DNA of 63,191 nucleotides from Trichomonas gallinae (Eukaryota): assembly GCA_008369845.1 (NCBI GenBank), contig MRSU01003506.1, positions 1-63,191 of the forward strand, given 5' to 3'. This document shows, one piece after another, positions 1 through 11,709 of this stretch. The number at the start of each line of letters is the position of its first letter. Within the stretch, counting starts at the first letter, position 1. The notes under the pieces were generated by a model that had not been told where the DNA came from, did no database searches, and saw nothing but the letters and a program-made list of their open reading frames with translations. A program made the translations under genes and the position numbers.

Positions 1-448
1 ATTTTCTCACCATGGCATGCTGGATCTACCATATGAGTTTCAAGAAGAAATCCGGTAAGAGCCGAAGTTTCCCCCCTTTTTTATATTATATTTGCAAATC
101 CTTCATATCACATTTATAATATTTGCAGGGGACATCACTTTTCAAAAATAGTTTACAATTCCCCTAATTAATATTTAAAAATGAAATAATTTAATATCAT
201 TTATTAATTCGAAATATCACATTTATGAAAATTGCAGTGTCCTTTTCCTTAGTTCCCTTCAGAAACAATATCTTTAGTTATTTATGTTTGGTTTGTCATA
301 TATGATATAAGTGATATGAAAAGTAAAATCTCCAATTGAAAGGAAATCTACAAACCCCCAAATAAGAAATTTATCGATATTTCGAATATATAATAAAAAT
401 ACACTACATTTCGTTTGTCAGATAAAAAAATAGGGTCCATATCTTAAC

Positions 449-3400
449 ATGGAAGTTCAAGCAGCAATTAAAGAAATTACCGATCAATGGGGAATTCTTT
501 TAACTGCAAGAATTTGCACAGCCCTTCAATTACCTCCGAATGAGCTGAGTTCTCGTATCGAATCTACAGCATCAAGAATGAATAATCAGGAAATGGGCAA
601 TATGATTCGCAAAGGACTCAAGATGTCCACTATAAATACACCAGAACAAATCAAGGTTATGAGCGAAACCGTCGGATGCCTTGTGATGCAATTCCATTGC
701 CATCCAAATTTCTGCAAGATTTTCAATTCATTGATGAATACAGCACATGAGCTCCTCAATATGCCTCTACAGACCGAAACAACGTCTGCCAAGCCAAAAG
801 CACTTCACACAGATAAAATTGTCAACGAGGAGGTCTTAACAGACTTTGAAAAGTTGGAATGCTCAGTATTTGACTACATTTCGCAGTTTTTACTCGCTGC
901 TTCAAAATGCCCTTCAATCAGTTTCGATCCGATTTCTCTTGAAATCGTTTCTATCATCTTCCACTACCTCAAGCATGACCAGCCCAACGCTGTACGTGCA
1001 TGTGCCGGCGAAATTCTCTCCGCTCTCTCTTCATCACCAAGACATTGCCAGATGATCAACGACATGTTTTGGCAGCAATTTGGATTGTGCAAGAAGGACG
1101 ACGATTTCCGTAACTTCGCATCCTGGATCGATGGTGTACAAAAACTCAAGCTTGCACTTGCACCGGAACCACTTGAAAAAGTTACAATGCAATTCTTCCA
1201 GAATTTCATCGATAATGAGAAGAAGATCGAAAGAGGTGTCCTCAGAATGAAGTTCCTTGACGCTTTGGAGTCAATTCTCAAATCAATTAATGCAACCGAA
1301 ATATCTGCTAAGCATGAACAATATTATAGACATCAGGAAGCCATCTGGAACATCGCAATCAAGTGGTCTACAAAGAGCAAACACACAGACTTCTGCTACA
1401 CATTCTTATGCAGAATCTTATCAAGCACAACCTTCGAATTTTATCTTCCACATGCTAAGCAATACTGTGAACTCCTAACAAAGTATGCTCGTAACGGTGA
1501 AGTTGAAATTCTTAAGCTTATTGCAGAATTCGTTAAATCTTGCCCAGCAGATTTATATAAGACACGTGTTGATGAATTCACAGTCATGGTCAATACACAT
1601 ATCATCCCACTCCTCTTCACAGGAACTGAAAAGAAGCGTGCATTAAGATTCACAGACCAAGAACAGCTTGCCATTGTCTTGAAGATCATGGATGAGATTG
1701 GTATCAAGCAGTTGAACATCCTTGTCGACTTCGTTCGCCCAGTTTTGGCTGTCGAAGAACCAAATTCAGATCATAAACGTGTTAGAATGGTCTGCATCCA
1801 AGCTCTCGCAGATCTCAGCTCAATGGCTCCAACAGAACTCGCCAAGTTCAACGAGGTTCTCTTCCCACTCCTTCAGCCATCGATTTTGGCATCAAACTCC
1901 GACGCGAAAGATGAAGTCCAATACGCAATTCCAACATTCCCACTCATTCACTCTATGAACGAAGAGAAGCTCGACCAGCTCGCACAGGTTGTCTTCGACT
2001 TATCTCTCTCGCAGGATGATGTTGCACCAGCAGCAATGAAGTCATTGAACATGTTCATCGAAAAGTTGGTTTCTTTCAAGCTTTGCTCTAAAGCTCCACT
2101 GATTTACATAAACAAGCTTCTCGCAATCATCGAAAAGTCCAACGCAGCTGACATGCTCCACTGCATGTGCTACCTGAGCTCTGTCATCACATCTTGGGCA
2201 ACAAACATTTCTAATGTTGAGAAGATCGAAATGGATGGTTCAAAGCTCAATCCTAATGAATGGCGCGAAATGAGAATGAACTTGGATTTATTGATCCTTA
2301 TAAATTTATTGAATCCAGATAAAAACATTTCCACAGATGCACAAGAGCTAATGAAGTCAGTTTATCTCCCAGGCCTCCAAAAGTTCGATGGAGCTTGCAA
2401 TTATACATATTCTGTTGCTAAATATCTCACCGAGTCTAAGCCATCTGAATACATTTCAGGAGCATCAAAGATGGTTGCCGCTGGACCAGACTATTCCAAC
2501 AACTTGTTTGTCAAGCTTCTTGCTAAGTGGGAAGAGAAGTCTAAGTCTCTTGAAAGCGCTCACGCTAACAAGATTCTCGACTTCTTGGCAACAATCGTCA
2601 GAAAGAATGATGATAGTTTCAAGAAATTCCTTGGCGACATTTTCTCAATGCTCGCTGAGAATCCATCAAGCAACGAGGCAATCCACGCATTGTCTTTGAT
2701 TGACTACTCACTATGCGCAGCAATTGCTGGCCAAATTGATGTCTGGGCAACAGCCAATGGCAGGAAGAATGATTTCTACCCACAAACAATCACAATCTTG
2801 AACACAATTTCATCAAGGCCACAATTTGCTCAGCTTCAAGCGGATGACAGCTTGATTCCTTTCTTCGAGAGTTTTGTTCTCAAGATTTCATCATACAAGT
2901 GTCCGAACAGCCAGGAAAGATTTGTTAACATTGAACGCTCACTTAAGGTTTTCATTGTCTTCGCTGCCAACGATCCTAACCATTTGGCAAACGTTTTCAA
3001 GACAAAGCCAATCGCAGAGAAGTTCTTGACAGAGTTGATCAGCATCGCATCTGTTGATTCAGTCAAGCAGTTCACAAACACATTCCCAGAGACATACTTG
3101 GCTGCCCTCAAATCTGCTTTCGAGTATATCTCATTCCCAATTGAATTGTTCAACAACTTCTCAAGCTGGCTTTACCACTTCACTCGCGTGTTCTCACAGA
3201 AGGAGACAATCCAGTCTTACATTGTCCAGGCTCTCACAACATTGTTGCAGCAGAATAATCATTTACTTTATCCATTCCTTCAAACAAGCTACAACAAGTT
3301 CGACTTGTTGACATCTCACATCATTCTTGCAATTGCCAACGTTTTCTCAATGAGACAAGACTTCCTCGACAATTATCCAGATGGGGATGCTTTGTTGCTT

Positions 3401-5653
3401 GTCACTGTTATCTTACACATATCTTCTGTTTCTGTTTTATCAAGACAGGCTGCTCACAAGTTGCTTTGCTTACTCTTGACAAAGGAGCGCTCTACTTTCA
3501 ATAACCCAGCTCCAAGAACATTAGTTATGGCAACAACATCACATTCACCATCAGGTTTCATCACACAGGCCGCTCATTTCATTGCATTTGCTGCTAAGTC
3601 TGTTACACCAGAAATCGCAAGAAAATTCTTCAAAGTCTTCGCCGATGATTTCGCTTCGATCGAACAGTCTCAGAATCCACTCTTGGCATCTATCTACCAG
3701 TTCGTTCCAGTTATCCTTGATGGTTGTGTTGCCACAGAAGTTGTTTCATCAGCACTTCATCTCACAGCACATTGCAAGCTCGCTGAAGCATCTACAGCTG
3801 CCGAAGTTACAAAGCTCTGGCACGCGATCTTCGAAAACTTCAAGGAGAAGTCTCCAGAAGTTGCCAAAGATATCGTTAAGCTCGTTTTCGAGCATGGCGT
3901 CAACCAGGAGAAGTTGAATTCCATCGAGACCCAGACATCTGTTTTAGTCTTAGTTTCATTGTTCCAAGTCTTCCCACACGAAACTGGAGATTTCATTCTC
4001 CCAATCCTGTCCATCTACGAGCGCCAGCTTCCAAACAACATCGAAGATTTCATCACATTCCTGAAAGACGCAAATATCACATTCGTTCCAACAAAGGAGG
4101 AAATAGTTGCATCCAATGCACTTTCTCAGATTTTGCTGTTAATCTCAGACAGAGAATTGTTCCAGGAAATCTTCCAGAAGAAGCTTGCTCCACTTCTCTT
4201 TTTCGCAATGATCAACTACCATCTCGAAGGATTTGAAATCGGTCCATTCAGGCCATTATTGGATTCACTTCTTGATGCTGGCTTGTTCAGATTCGCACGT
4301 GACAGTCTCAAGTTCTCAGAGAACCTCGCTGCCCTCCAAAAGGCTTCTTTGATCAACTGCGCTACATCACTCGAGCAGCAGTTCCAGATCATCACTGTCC
4401 CACCGGCCAAGAAGATGCTCGCATTCGACAAGGAGGCTGTTTTGACAATGACAACATTACTCTGCCAGAACGATCCAAACTTCAAGCGCGAGTTCTTCAA
4501 CCTTGTTCTTGCGAATGCAGTTCAAGTCAAGGAAGGCGACAGATCAGTCGAACCACTCATCATGATGATCGCTCTCAAAGATGAAATGGACACAAGATCG
4601 ATCTACTTCATCCTCTTGTTCACACTCTACGCATTGAAGAACAACAGGACAGAACTCATGGACGCTTTAGTCGACAACATTCATCACAGACTCATTTCAG
4701 AGAAGTGCGACAAAGAAGCATTCTCACGTGAAGCAGTCCCAGTAGCTATTATCTTCTTGCTTTACATCACAATCGACTGCAAGAGGTCATTCTCTATACA
4801 CTTGATGAAGATTTTGACAGATGTCTGCAGGAAGATCTCAGAAGGTGATGATGCTGAGGAACGTGCCAAAGAGTTATACACATTCTTCGAGCAGTATGCT
4901 GGCGATGAATACATTTCATCATTATTCATCCATTACGTTGCTGATCTTCAGACCTTTGGCGATGACAGTGTCAAAGTTGTTGTCGAGTGCTTGTTCCAGT
5001 TATCAAATGTCATGGTCAAGGCAGGAAGAGGCGCCAACTGGTGCTTATTGCTCGCAATCATGATCGATGCTGTCAGAGCAATGATCGCACAAGTTTCAAA
5101 CCGCCCAATTCCACCGATATTATCTGTCGAAGGACTCAAGTACAATGCATTTGATTACGCTGAGTATTTAGTCAAGACATTCCTCGATGACAGAATGAGA
5201 ATGTTCATTGTCTTGTTCCACCAGGCCCTCTACAAGACATTCAAGTTCATGGATTTGAACAAAGACCAAGTTGTTATGTCTATTTTGGCTGAATATCTTG
5301 CACAGTCAAAGATCACAATCAACCCAGGAACAACAAACGCTTTACTCAAGACAGTTGCTTTAGTCAACTTGACGGCTGATCCACAAGGAAGAGAGGAAGC
5401 ATCAAAAGTATTATACATCTTATTGAGCAACCTCAAATACAAGCCAAACGAAGATAACCTCAGCGTTGTCGCAATGAAGCCGCAGATCCAGCAATGTTCC
5501 AAGAAACTCATTGGACACTGGCAGGCACAGAAGAGCTTCACTGTTGCACAGTCGAACTTCCCACCAGTCATTCTCTACAACATCGGCGCGATGGAGAACA
5601 CAAGCATCATCGAAATGATGTGGGACTACATTGTCAAGCATTCCGGACAATGA
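449..5653 (+). CDS. Large ARM/HEAT-repeat scaffold, Furry/Tao3/Mor2-like (cell morphogenesis N-terminal domain)
   Basis: 1734-aa helical ORF with strong C-ending codon bias. N-terminal blocks CAGEILSALS, IDGVQKLKL, LRMKFLDALESIL and WSTKSKHTDFCYTFLCRILSS follow the order of conserved Furry/MOR2-PAG1_N blocks. The CDS is certain; the family is inferred. Confidence 0.6.
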   Translation: MEVQAAIKEITDQWGILLTARICTALQLPPNELSSRIESTASRMNNQEMGNMIRKGLKMSTINTPEQIKVMSETVGCLVMQFHCHPNFCKIFNSLMNTAHELLNMPLQTETTSAKPKALHTDKIVNEEVLTDFEKLECSVFDYISQFLLAASKCPSISFDPISLEIVSIIFHYLKHDQPNAVRACAGEILSALSSSPRHCQMINDMFWQQFGLCKKDDDFRNFASWIDGVQKLKLALAPEPLEKVTMQFFQNFIDNEKKIERGVLRMKFLDALESILKSINATEISAKHEQYYRHQEAIWNIAIKWSTKSKHTDFCYTFLCRILSSTTFEFYLPHAKQYCELLTKYARNGEVEILKLIAEFVKSCPADLYKTRVDEFTVMVNTHIIPLLFTGTEKKRALRFTDQEQLAIVLKIMDEIGIKQLNILVDFVRPVLAVEEPNSDHKRVRMVCIQALADLSSMAPTELAKFNEVLFPLLQPSILASNSDAKDEVQYAIPTFPLIHSMNEEKLDQLAQVVFDLSLSQDDVAPAAMKSLNMFIEKLVSFKLCSKAPLIYINKLLAIIEKSNAADMLHCMCYLSSVITSWATNISNVEKIEMDGSKLNPNEWREMRMNLDLLILINLLNPDKNISTDAQELMKSVYLPGLQKFDGACNYTYSVAKYLTESKPSEYISGASKMVAAGPDYSNNLFVKLLAKWEEKSKSLESAHANKILDFLATIVRKNDDSFKKFLGDIFSMLAENPSSNEAIHALSLIDYSLCAAIAGQIDVWATANGRKNDFYPQTITILNTISSRPQFAQLQADDSLIPFFESFVLKISSYKCPNSQERFVNIERSLKVFIVFAANDPNHLANVFKTKPIAEKFLTELISIASVDSVKQFTNTFPETYLAALKSAFEYISFPIELFNNFSSWLYHFTRVFSQKETIQSYIVQALTTLLQQNNHLLYPFLQTSYNKFDLLTSHIILAIANVFSMRQDFLDNYPDGDALLLVTVILHISSVSVLSRQAAHKLLCLLLTKERSTFNNPAPRTLVMATTSHSPSGFITQAAHFIAFAAKSVTPEIARKFFKVFADDFASIEQSQNPLLASIYQFVPVILDGCVATEVVSSALHLTAHCKLAEASTAAEVTKLWHAIFENFKEKSPEVAKDIVKLVFEHGVNQEKLNSIETQTSVLVLVSLFQVFPHETGDFILPILSIYERQLPNNIEDFITFLKDANITFVPTKEEIVASNALSQILLLISDRELFQEIFQKKLAPLLFFAMINYHLEGFEIGPFRPLLDSLLDAGLFRFARDSLKFSENLAALQKASLINCATSLEQQFQIITVPPAKKMLAFDKEAVLTMTTLLCQNDPNFKREFFNLVLANAVQVKEGDRSVEPLIMMIALKDEMDTRSIYFILLFTLYALKNNRTELMDALVDNIHHRLISEKCDKEAFSREAVPVAIIFLLYITIDCKRSFSIHLMKILTDVCRKISEGDDAEERAKELYTFFEQYAGDEYISSLFIHYVADLQTFGDDSVKVVVECLFQLSNVMVKAGRGANWCLLLAIMIDAVRAMIAQVSNRPIPPILSVEGLKYNAFDYAEYLVKTFLDDRMRMFIVLFHQALYKTFKFMDLNKDQVVMSILAEYLAQSKITINPGTTNALLKTVALVNLTADPQGREEASKVLYILLSNLKYKPNEDNLSVVAMKPQIQQCSKKLIGHWQAQKSFTVAQSNFPPVILYNIGAMENTSIIEMMWDYIVKHSGQ

Positions 5654-5943
5654 ATTTTTTAACTTAGGTTAAACATTTTCAAGTTTTTTAAGCAATTTCT
5701 TCTTCTTTTTTATAAAATTACATTTCAACTTTAGAAACTTTAGAAACAAATGAAATTAATCATAATAAAACAATTTCAAATATTATGCAATATAGAAAAT
5801 CATTCACTCGACAGATATATTATATTTATGTAAAAATCAATATCAGCAAAAAAAGTATTAATTAATGCTTCATAAAACGCTCACTATAAAATATTTTCTA
5901 CCCAAACTTTATGCTCCAAAACAATTCACAATGAAAGATTCAT

Positions 5944-6626
5944 TCATTCATACAAATTAACTAAAATGAACAGAAAGGTATAACATACTTTGCAATGGTT
6001 TGCTATATTATAATATATTTTACATGAATCTATTACAAATGCCTTCGTATTCAAAATTTTAACCCACAAAGACACAGAATTACAACCTGGATCATAATTA
6101 GACGGAATTGTAGTATATCCTTGATTGCTCCATGGAAGACCAGTATATCCAATTGAATAAAACCAATTTGTACCTCCAGGACAACCATCTAGATATGCTC
6201 CATCTGGATATGTACTGAGGAGTAAACCTCCCCATTTACAATGTGAACTACTTTGTCCAGCTCGAATTTCAATTTTATTATATCCAGGAACTTCATAAAA
6301 ATTATCATTTGATTGCATAGGCTTTTCATAAATAGGATTATTCGATTGTTGCCATGCATTATATTGTTTTTGCTCTTCATATATCATTAAAAATGTGAAT
6401 TTATTGTCTTCATCCCTATGCATATCAGATATTTTATTTAAAATGGAATATTTATTTGGTTCATTGCAGGAAAGTGCTTGAGATGAAGGTTTGAAATATC
6501 CACCAGTGATATTATGGTAGAAAACAAGCATGTAAACGCTATCGTTGAAGAATCCATATTTATATCTACCAACATGGTTAATATTTTTTACATAATTAGA
6601 ATACAAGAATAAATTTTACCTAGCAT
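5944..6626 (-). CDS. Trichomonad multigene-family hypothetical protein (LVFYH...KYSIL...WGGL...DG...NWFYSIG); 5' end apparently frameshifted
   Basis: The ORF 5944-6606 has only a TTG start. The ATG at 6626 is one base out of frame. The C-terminus has a Cys plus hydrophobic tail typical of these families. Confidence 0.6.
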
Positions 6627-6842
6627 AAGGAGAATCTGTGATGTAAAATATTAAATTGACATGTAATTTGTAAATTTGTCAAAAACATTTTGGAACTTTA
6701 TATTATTCATGATTCTGTTATATAAAAGTTAATAAAATCATTTGATATATGACATATTCATCATTTTTAGATGATTGATTATATAGGAAGTAAAATGTAA
6801 TCACGAATTAATGTGGAATAATTTAACCTTATAGTTTGATCA

Positions 6843-6856
6843 TTTTACATGTCAAA
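6843..6856. promoter_or_regulatory. TTTACATGNCAAA upstream motif
   Basis: TTTTACATGTCAAA, 25 nt before ATG 6881. A related copy TTGACATGTAA is at 6656-6666, before the divergent gene. Confidence 0.6.
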
Positions 6857-6880
6857 TCGACGATCGCGTCTTGCAAAAAA

Positions 6881-9800
6881 ATGCTCGTTTTCTTTCTTTT
6901 GTTAAAATTCCAAATGGGGCAGATATACTGTGTCAAAGAAACAGAAGGTGAATGTCCTCCTGGATCAATTATAACCACAGATTATGCAGTTTTAAGGAGC
7001 GCTGCCTATAAAAAATCAAATATGAGCATTTATATGATAAATAAAGGTGTATCATCTTTAGTATTTGATACATTGGTATTTTCACAAGGACATATTCAAT
7101 TCTATGGAAACAATTATTCCTTAATAAATATGTTTTTCAAGTATGATTTCTTTGATATTAATGTATATTATTTATACATGAAAGATCTATTAGTTAACAT
7201 CTCTTTCTTTTCAGATAAACTTATTTTTGGAACACAATTAGATATACATCTTTTTAATTGCAGAATTCTAAATAACTATGAAGAAGAAATCGCTATTAAT
7301 GCATTAAGTATTGAAGGTGACTACAAGTCCTTTTCATTTGCCAAAAAGATAATCGTCAGTAGGTGCTCGCTTAATGGAAACAGCACCAATGGACGTCATA
7401 TTGAAATTTATCCTAGAACTCATTCACAGAAAAAGTTTTATTTCAATGCACCAAAAATTAATATATCAATAGATCAGAAATTTATTTCCTTGGAATTTAA
7501 TAAGAACGATTCGGTTACAATCTATTCCGCTAAACGATTTAACAACATATTCAAAATCTTTAATTCAAATTTAACATTTTCAACATCAGTGGAGGAAAAT
7601 CCACTTCTTCCTTTTAACTTTTTCAGTTTACATCAATGCAATGTCACATTTTTGGAGAGCTCTAGTATTAATAAGCAATTAATTCTTGGAGCTGTGCTTT
7701 TGACGAATTCGTCTTTGCAATTTGCCAACAAACTAAATTTCACTTCGCATTTTAATATTAGTATATTTGATATTTCAAGTATTTCCTTCCCCAAAGAAAT
7801 TTTCATTCCAGATCTGAAGATGAACCAAATTTCATTGAAACAGCAGTATCAGACTAAAATTAGAACGAACTCAATTACCATATTTAATGTAGTGTTTGAT
7901 AATATCCAAATCGAGACTGACGAGGTTAGGTTTCTTTCATCTATCACCGATCCAAAAGCTATCAATATAACAGTAAATAAATTAATAATTATAAGAACAA
8001 ATTCAACAACATTAGCTAATATCAAGTTCGGCAGCGATAGAATTAATGTACAATACGAAACAAATTTGATCAAGAGATTGAACAAAGTCAAATTTATATA
8101 TACAGCAGCTCCGAAGGAACTTAATTTGATAATAAATTACAATGGATTTTCTTATATCAGACCGAATGATATTAAATGGATAGAAATAGGTCATTTTTAT
8201 CCGATATTAGTATTTGATGGTAATTTACCAAAACTAGCCAATTTTTCTTTTACAAGTAGATCATTATCTAAAATTCCATCATTAAAAGATAAAATAACAG
8301 CATTGACATACGAAAATTCTTCTATCGCTCTAAAATTCCTTTCCCAGTTACCAACTGATGAAGCACGCTTTTGCTATTCTGAAGACATTGACTTATGCAA
8401 TGGAATCTCAACGCTAAAGCCAATAATCGATCTTCCAATCAATTTATCAAAAGTTTATGTTTATGTTTATAATACTTTTGAAACTGATTTTGCAATTGAT
8501 ATGACAAAGGCTTCGAGTCCAGTTGATTTATTTGTTATTGGTCAATCATTACAAGTTCAAATAGTTAATTTTAAGATTGCTGAATCAACAAGACAATATT
8601 TCAATAGCTTATCCTTAGATAATATTATTGCCAATTTTTCTGGTGTTGACGGCTATGACAACATGAATATCAAAAGACTCATTATTGAACCAACAACGCT
8701 TTTCACACCAAATGTGATTTACAACATATCGTTCAAAAATTGTGACCTTATTGAATGCACTGTTTCATCGATAAGATTGTTCTCTTATGCGGATTCGGTA
8801 GAAACAAACTTTTTGATTAAATTAAATATAGCTCAATTAGAAATTTACGAAAATATAGTAGAATTCAAGCAAAATAGAAGAACTTTGGAAACAATCTCAT
8901 CGAAATTCCTCAACTCTTATACATTTCAAGTGAAGCATGACTATGATATAGATATATATGTTTTTTCTCCATTTCTTGAAAATCAAAAATCAGTCATGAA
9001 TTTTAGACTTGAAGGTGATTGTAAAATGAAACTAGCAGCAGCAAATTATCTTGAAACACAGAATTCAATTATACATATTCATGGAACGCCTGATCATAAA
9101 TTGACTTTAAACATTGATGAATATTTCCCAATAGAAGTTTATGATGTAGGGACAATTGATTTTATAACCACAAAGAATACGGCACAACCACATATTAATG
9201 CAGTTTCATGCAAAAATTGTGGCACAACTGTTGTGTCGGAAGCAAATGGAAAGCATCCATTGATATATAGTGCGTTTGTTTCTGGAAATTCATATTTAAC
9301 GTCAACATCAAATTTGGATATATATCGCCTTAACATTTCCAGTGATTCCAACGTGAATATTAGTAACATGTCAGTCTCAGAGTCTATTCTTGTCGGCCAT
9401 AGATCTACACTGAGAATTGCAAATGTAAAAGTTGATTCTGTTAATATTACTCTCTTAAGAGAATTCAAGTCAAGTAACTATCCTGTGATATTTGAAGCAG
9501 ATGAACTAATTCCAAAACCAGAATCATTTAATGTTGCTTTCTATGGAGAACCTCTGGAAATTAGTAATCTCACAGTATGCGTTTTATCTGCATCAAAGAA
9601 AGTTGTCGAAACAATTTATGGAATATTCCACATTACTCCTTCTGTCATTAATGTTGATAAGCAACAGTTCAATCCTAATATTAGAAATATTTCTAGTTCG
9701 AATAAGTATATGGTATCAGTGAATTTTGTTGAAACTCATTATGATTCCCAAAGATCTCGTGTTATTAGTATTGTCTTAATTACAATTACTGCAATTTTCC

Positions 9801-9904
9801 CAATAGTTTTAATTATTGGCATTGTTGCTTATTGTTTAGTTGTTAGAAGGATTAGCAGAAGGAAGATGGATGCTTCTGTATTAATAGAATCACCATCAGA
9901 TTAA
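6881..9904 (+). CDS. Type I membrane/surface protein, beta-rich ectodomain, C-terminal TM and short cytosolic tail
   Basis: First ATG at 6881 gives MLVFFLLL (signal-like). CV...CP and FCYSEDIDLC motifs are present. TM VISIVLITITAIFPIVLIIGIVAYCLVV is followed by RRISRRK. Confidence 0.8.
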   Translation: MLVFFLLLKFQMGQIYCVKETEGECPPGSIITTDYAVLRSAAYKKSNMSIYMINKGVSSLVFDTLVFSQGHIQFYGNNYSLINMFFKYDFFDINVYYLYMKDLLVNISFFSDKLIFGTQLDIHLFNCRILNNYEEEIAINALSIEGDYKSFSFAKKIIVSRCSLNGNSTNGRHIEIYPRTHSQKKFYFNAPKINISIDQKFISLEFNKNDSVTIYSAKRFNNIFKIFNSNLTFSTSVEENPLLPFNFFSLHQCNVTFLESSSINKQLILGAVLLTNSSLQFANKLNFTSHFNISIFDISSISFPKEIFIPDLKMNQISLKQQYQTKIRTNSITIFNVVFDNIQIETDEVRFLSSITDPKAINITVNKLIIIRTNSTTLANIKFGSDRINVQYETNLIKRLNKVKFIYTAAPKELNLIINYNGFSYIRPNDIKWIEIGHFYPILVFDGNLPKLANFSFTSRSLSKIPSLKDKITALTYENSSIALKFLSQLPTDEARFCYSEDIDLCNGISTLKPIIDLPINLSKVYVYVYNTFETDFAIDMTKASSPVDLFVIGQSLQVQIVNFKIAESTRQYFNSLSLDNIIANFSGVDGYDNMNIKRLIIEPTTLFTPNVIYNISFKNCDLIECTVSSIRLFSYADSVETNFLIKLNIAQLEIYENIVEFKQNRRTLETISSKFLNSYTFQVKHDYDIDIYVFSPFLENQKSVMNFRLEGDCKMKLAAANYLETQNSIIHIHGTPDHKLTLNIDEYFPIEVYDVGTIDFITTKNTAQPHINAVSCKNCGTTVVSEANGKHPLIYSAFVSGNSYLTSTSNLDIYRLNISSDSNVNISNMSVSESILVGHRSTLRIANVKVDSVNITLLREFKSSNYPVIFEADELIPKPESFNVAFYGEPLEISNLTVCVLSASKKVVETIYGIFHITPSVINVDKQQFNPNIRNISSSNKYMVSVNFVETHYDSQRSRVISIVLITITAIFPIVLIIGIVAYCLVVRRISRRKMDASVLIESPSD

Positions 9905-10231
9905 TTTTGAAATCAATATTTTTCAAATATTATATTTTATTGAATTGCCAACAATTCCTCAATAAAGATATGTTTAGTATAACTCTTGTTTAAAAATTTA
10001 AATCATGATTGATAAGAATATTTGATAAAATATAACTTTTATAATTAAACAGTAATTACACATAAATAATATGAATAACTATTCATATTTGACTCTAAAG
10101 CTAGATTAACAAGCTTATTATTAGAAACATACAAAATAATTTTGATAATATTTCTAAATTTGCAAAAAAATTCAATGCAAAGGTTGAGATGTGTAGCATT
10201 GAATAGTATATTTGAGTTATATGAGGAAAAA

Positions 10232-11425
10232 TCATAGTAATGTTGATGGATAAATAACTGTAGTTTGATCTTCTCGTTTTGGAGTTCCATTGAGTTTCCT
10301 CTGGCTTATTATTTTCTCCTGCGTGAGATATTGCAATTTATTAGATGCATTATCAATTTCCAGATCTGTTTTCAATATTTTACGCTCTAATGCAAGCATT
10401 TCTCTGGTTTTAGCCATCCATATGCATTCTGAGAGTTCTTTATCGACAGAATCATCAATTATCCGTCTTCTGAAACGATTTGGCTTTGGAGTTAATGCTT
10501 TTCCTGTTCTAATTGGTCTCTTATAATTTTGATCTTCCTCTTCATTATTTACATCCTTTATTTCTTCTAATCTCGATCTAAGCATTTCATTAGTATTAGA
10601 AACTTTAGATTCAATGTTTTTAACCATATCATCGTCAATAACAGGCTTTGAATTTATAGATAATCTTCTCTGATATTCAAGAATCAGTTTATTTTGCTGA
10701 TCTAATTGTTTTTGCATATTTTCTAAAGCAATTTGCTGGTCTTTTTGCATATCTGCGATAATTTTATCGAAATTATTATCATTATTTGACTCTTCTAAGT
10801 AAATAACTCTCTCTTGCATTTGTTTTAATCCATTATAAGCCGATTCCCAGGTTTCTGCATTAGGAATCAAAGCAGCGAACTTTAAACTTATTGATTCCAA
10901 AGTATCTGCGCGTAATTTTTGGTCTTTCAGTTCCTTTTTCGTTTGTTCTATTTCTTTTTGCATAATTTCAAGTAAATTTGTTTTTTCTTTGCCTTCATCT
11001 TCGAGTTCTTTGATCCTTTTCTCTCGTAGCTCCTTGTTTTGAACAAGAAATCCGATTGATTCGTTCGAAATTTTTGAAATCGAAGAATCAACTTGATTTG
11101 AAGACAAACTTCTCTGATGAATCAAAGAATCAACTTTTTCTGTAATTTGTCGCTTCATTTCTTCTTCATCTTCAGTCGTAATGTTTAATTTCGTTGCTAA
11201 ATTCCTGATATAATTTGATAAATTCTCTGAATGACGAACAACGCTTGCTTCATGCTGTAAAATCATTTCTGCGTCATTCTTATCAACCGAAACTATATCT
11301 TCCTCTTCTTCATTTATTTGTTCGGTATAACTTGAAAGCATTATATCTGATATCAAGTCGTTTTCAGTCGGCATCGAAGCAGCTGATTCTGTTGACTCTT
11401 TAGCATCATCAATTCCAAAACTCAT
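10232..11425 (-). CDS. Coiled-coil hypothetical protein
   Basis: 397-aa ORF rich in E/K/Q heptads; ATG preceded by a T-rich leader. Confidence 0.8.
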   Translation of the reverse strand: MSFGIDDAKESTESAASMPTENDLISDIMLSSYTEQINEEEEDIVSVDKNDAEMILQHEASVVRHSENLSNYIRNLATKLNITTEDEEEMKRQITEKVDSLIHQRSLSSNQVDSSISKISNESIGFLVQNKELREKRIKELEDEGKEKTNLLEIMQKEIEQTKKELKDQKLRADTLESISLKFAALIPNAETWESAYNGLKQMQERVIYLEESNNDNNFDKIIADMQKDQQIALENMQKQLDQQNKLILEYQRRLSINSKPVIDDDMVKNIESKVSNTNEMLRSRLEEIKDVNNEEEDQNYKRPIRTGKALTPKPNRFRRRIIDDSVDKELSECIWMAKTREMLALERKILKTDLEIDNASNKLQYLTQEKIISQRKLNGTPKREDQTTVIYPSTLL

Positions 11426-11709
11426 TAATTTTCTTTTAGAGAGAAAAAAACAATAAACGATTTATAATAATTAGGGGGATACACCGGACCCCAAATATCT
11501 AATTTTCGATTTTAATACTTGATTTTGATTATATTTATTGTATATGTCTATAATTCACATGAATTTTAGAAAAGAAATGAGATTTTAAAATTTTTTTGAG
11601 CAATGCATTTGTTAAGAATAAATTATAGAGTAACTACTTCCACTGACTTAATTTTGAAAATTACATTGATTAAATTTCATCAAATTCAAATATTCAAGCT
11701 TCAATGATC

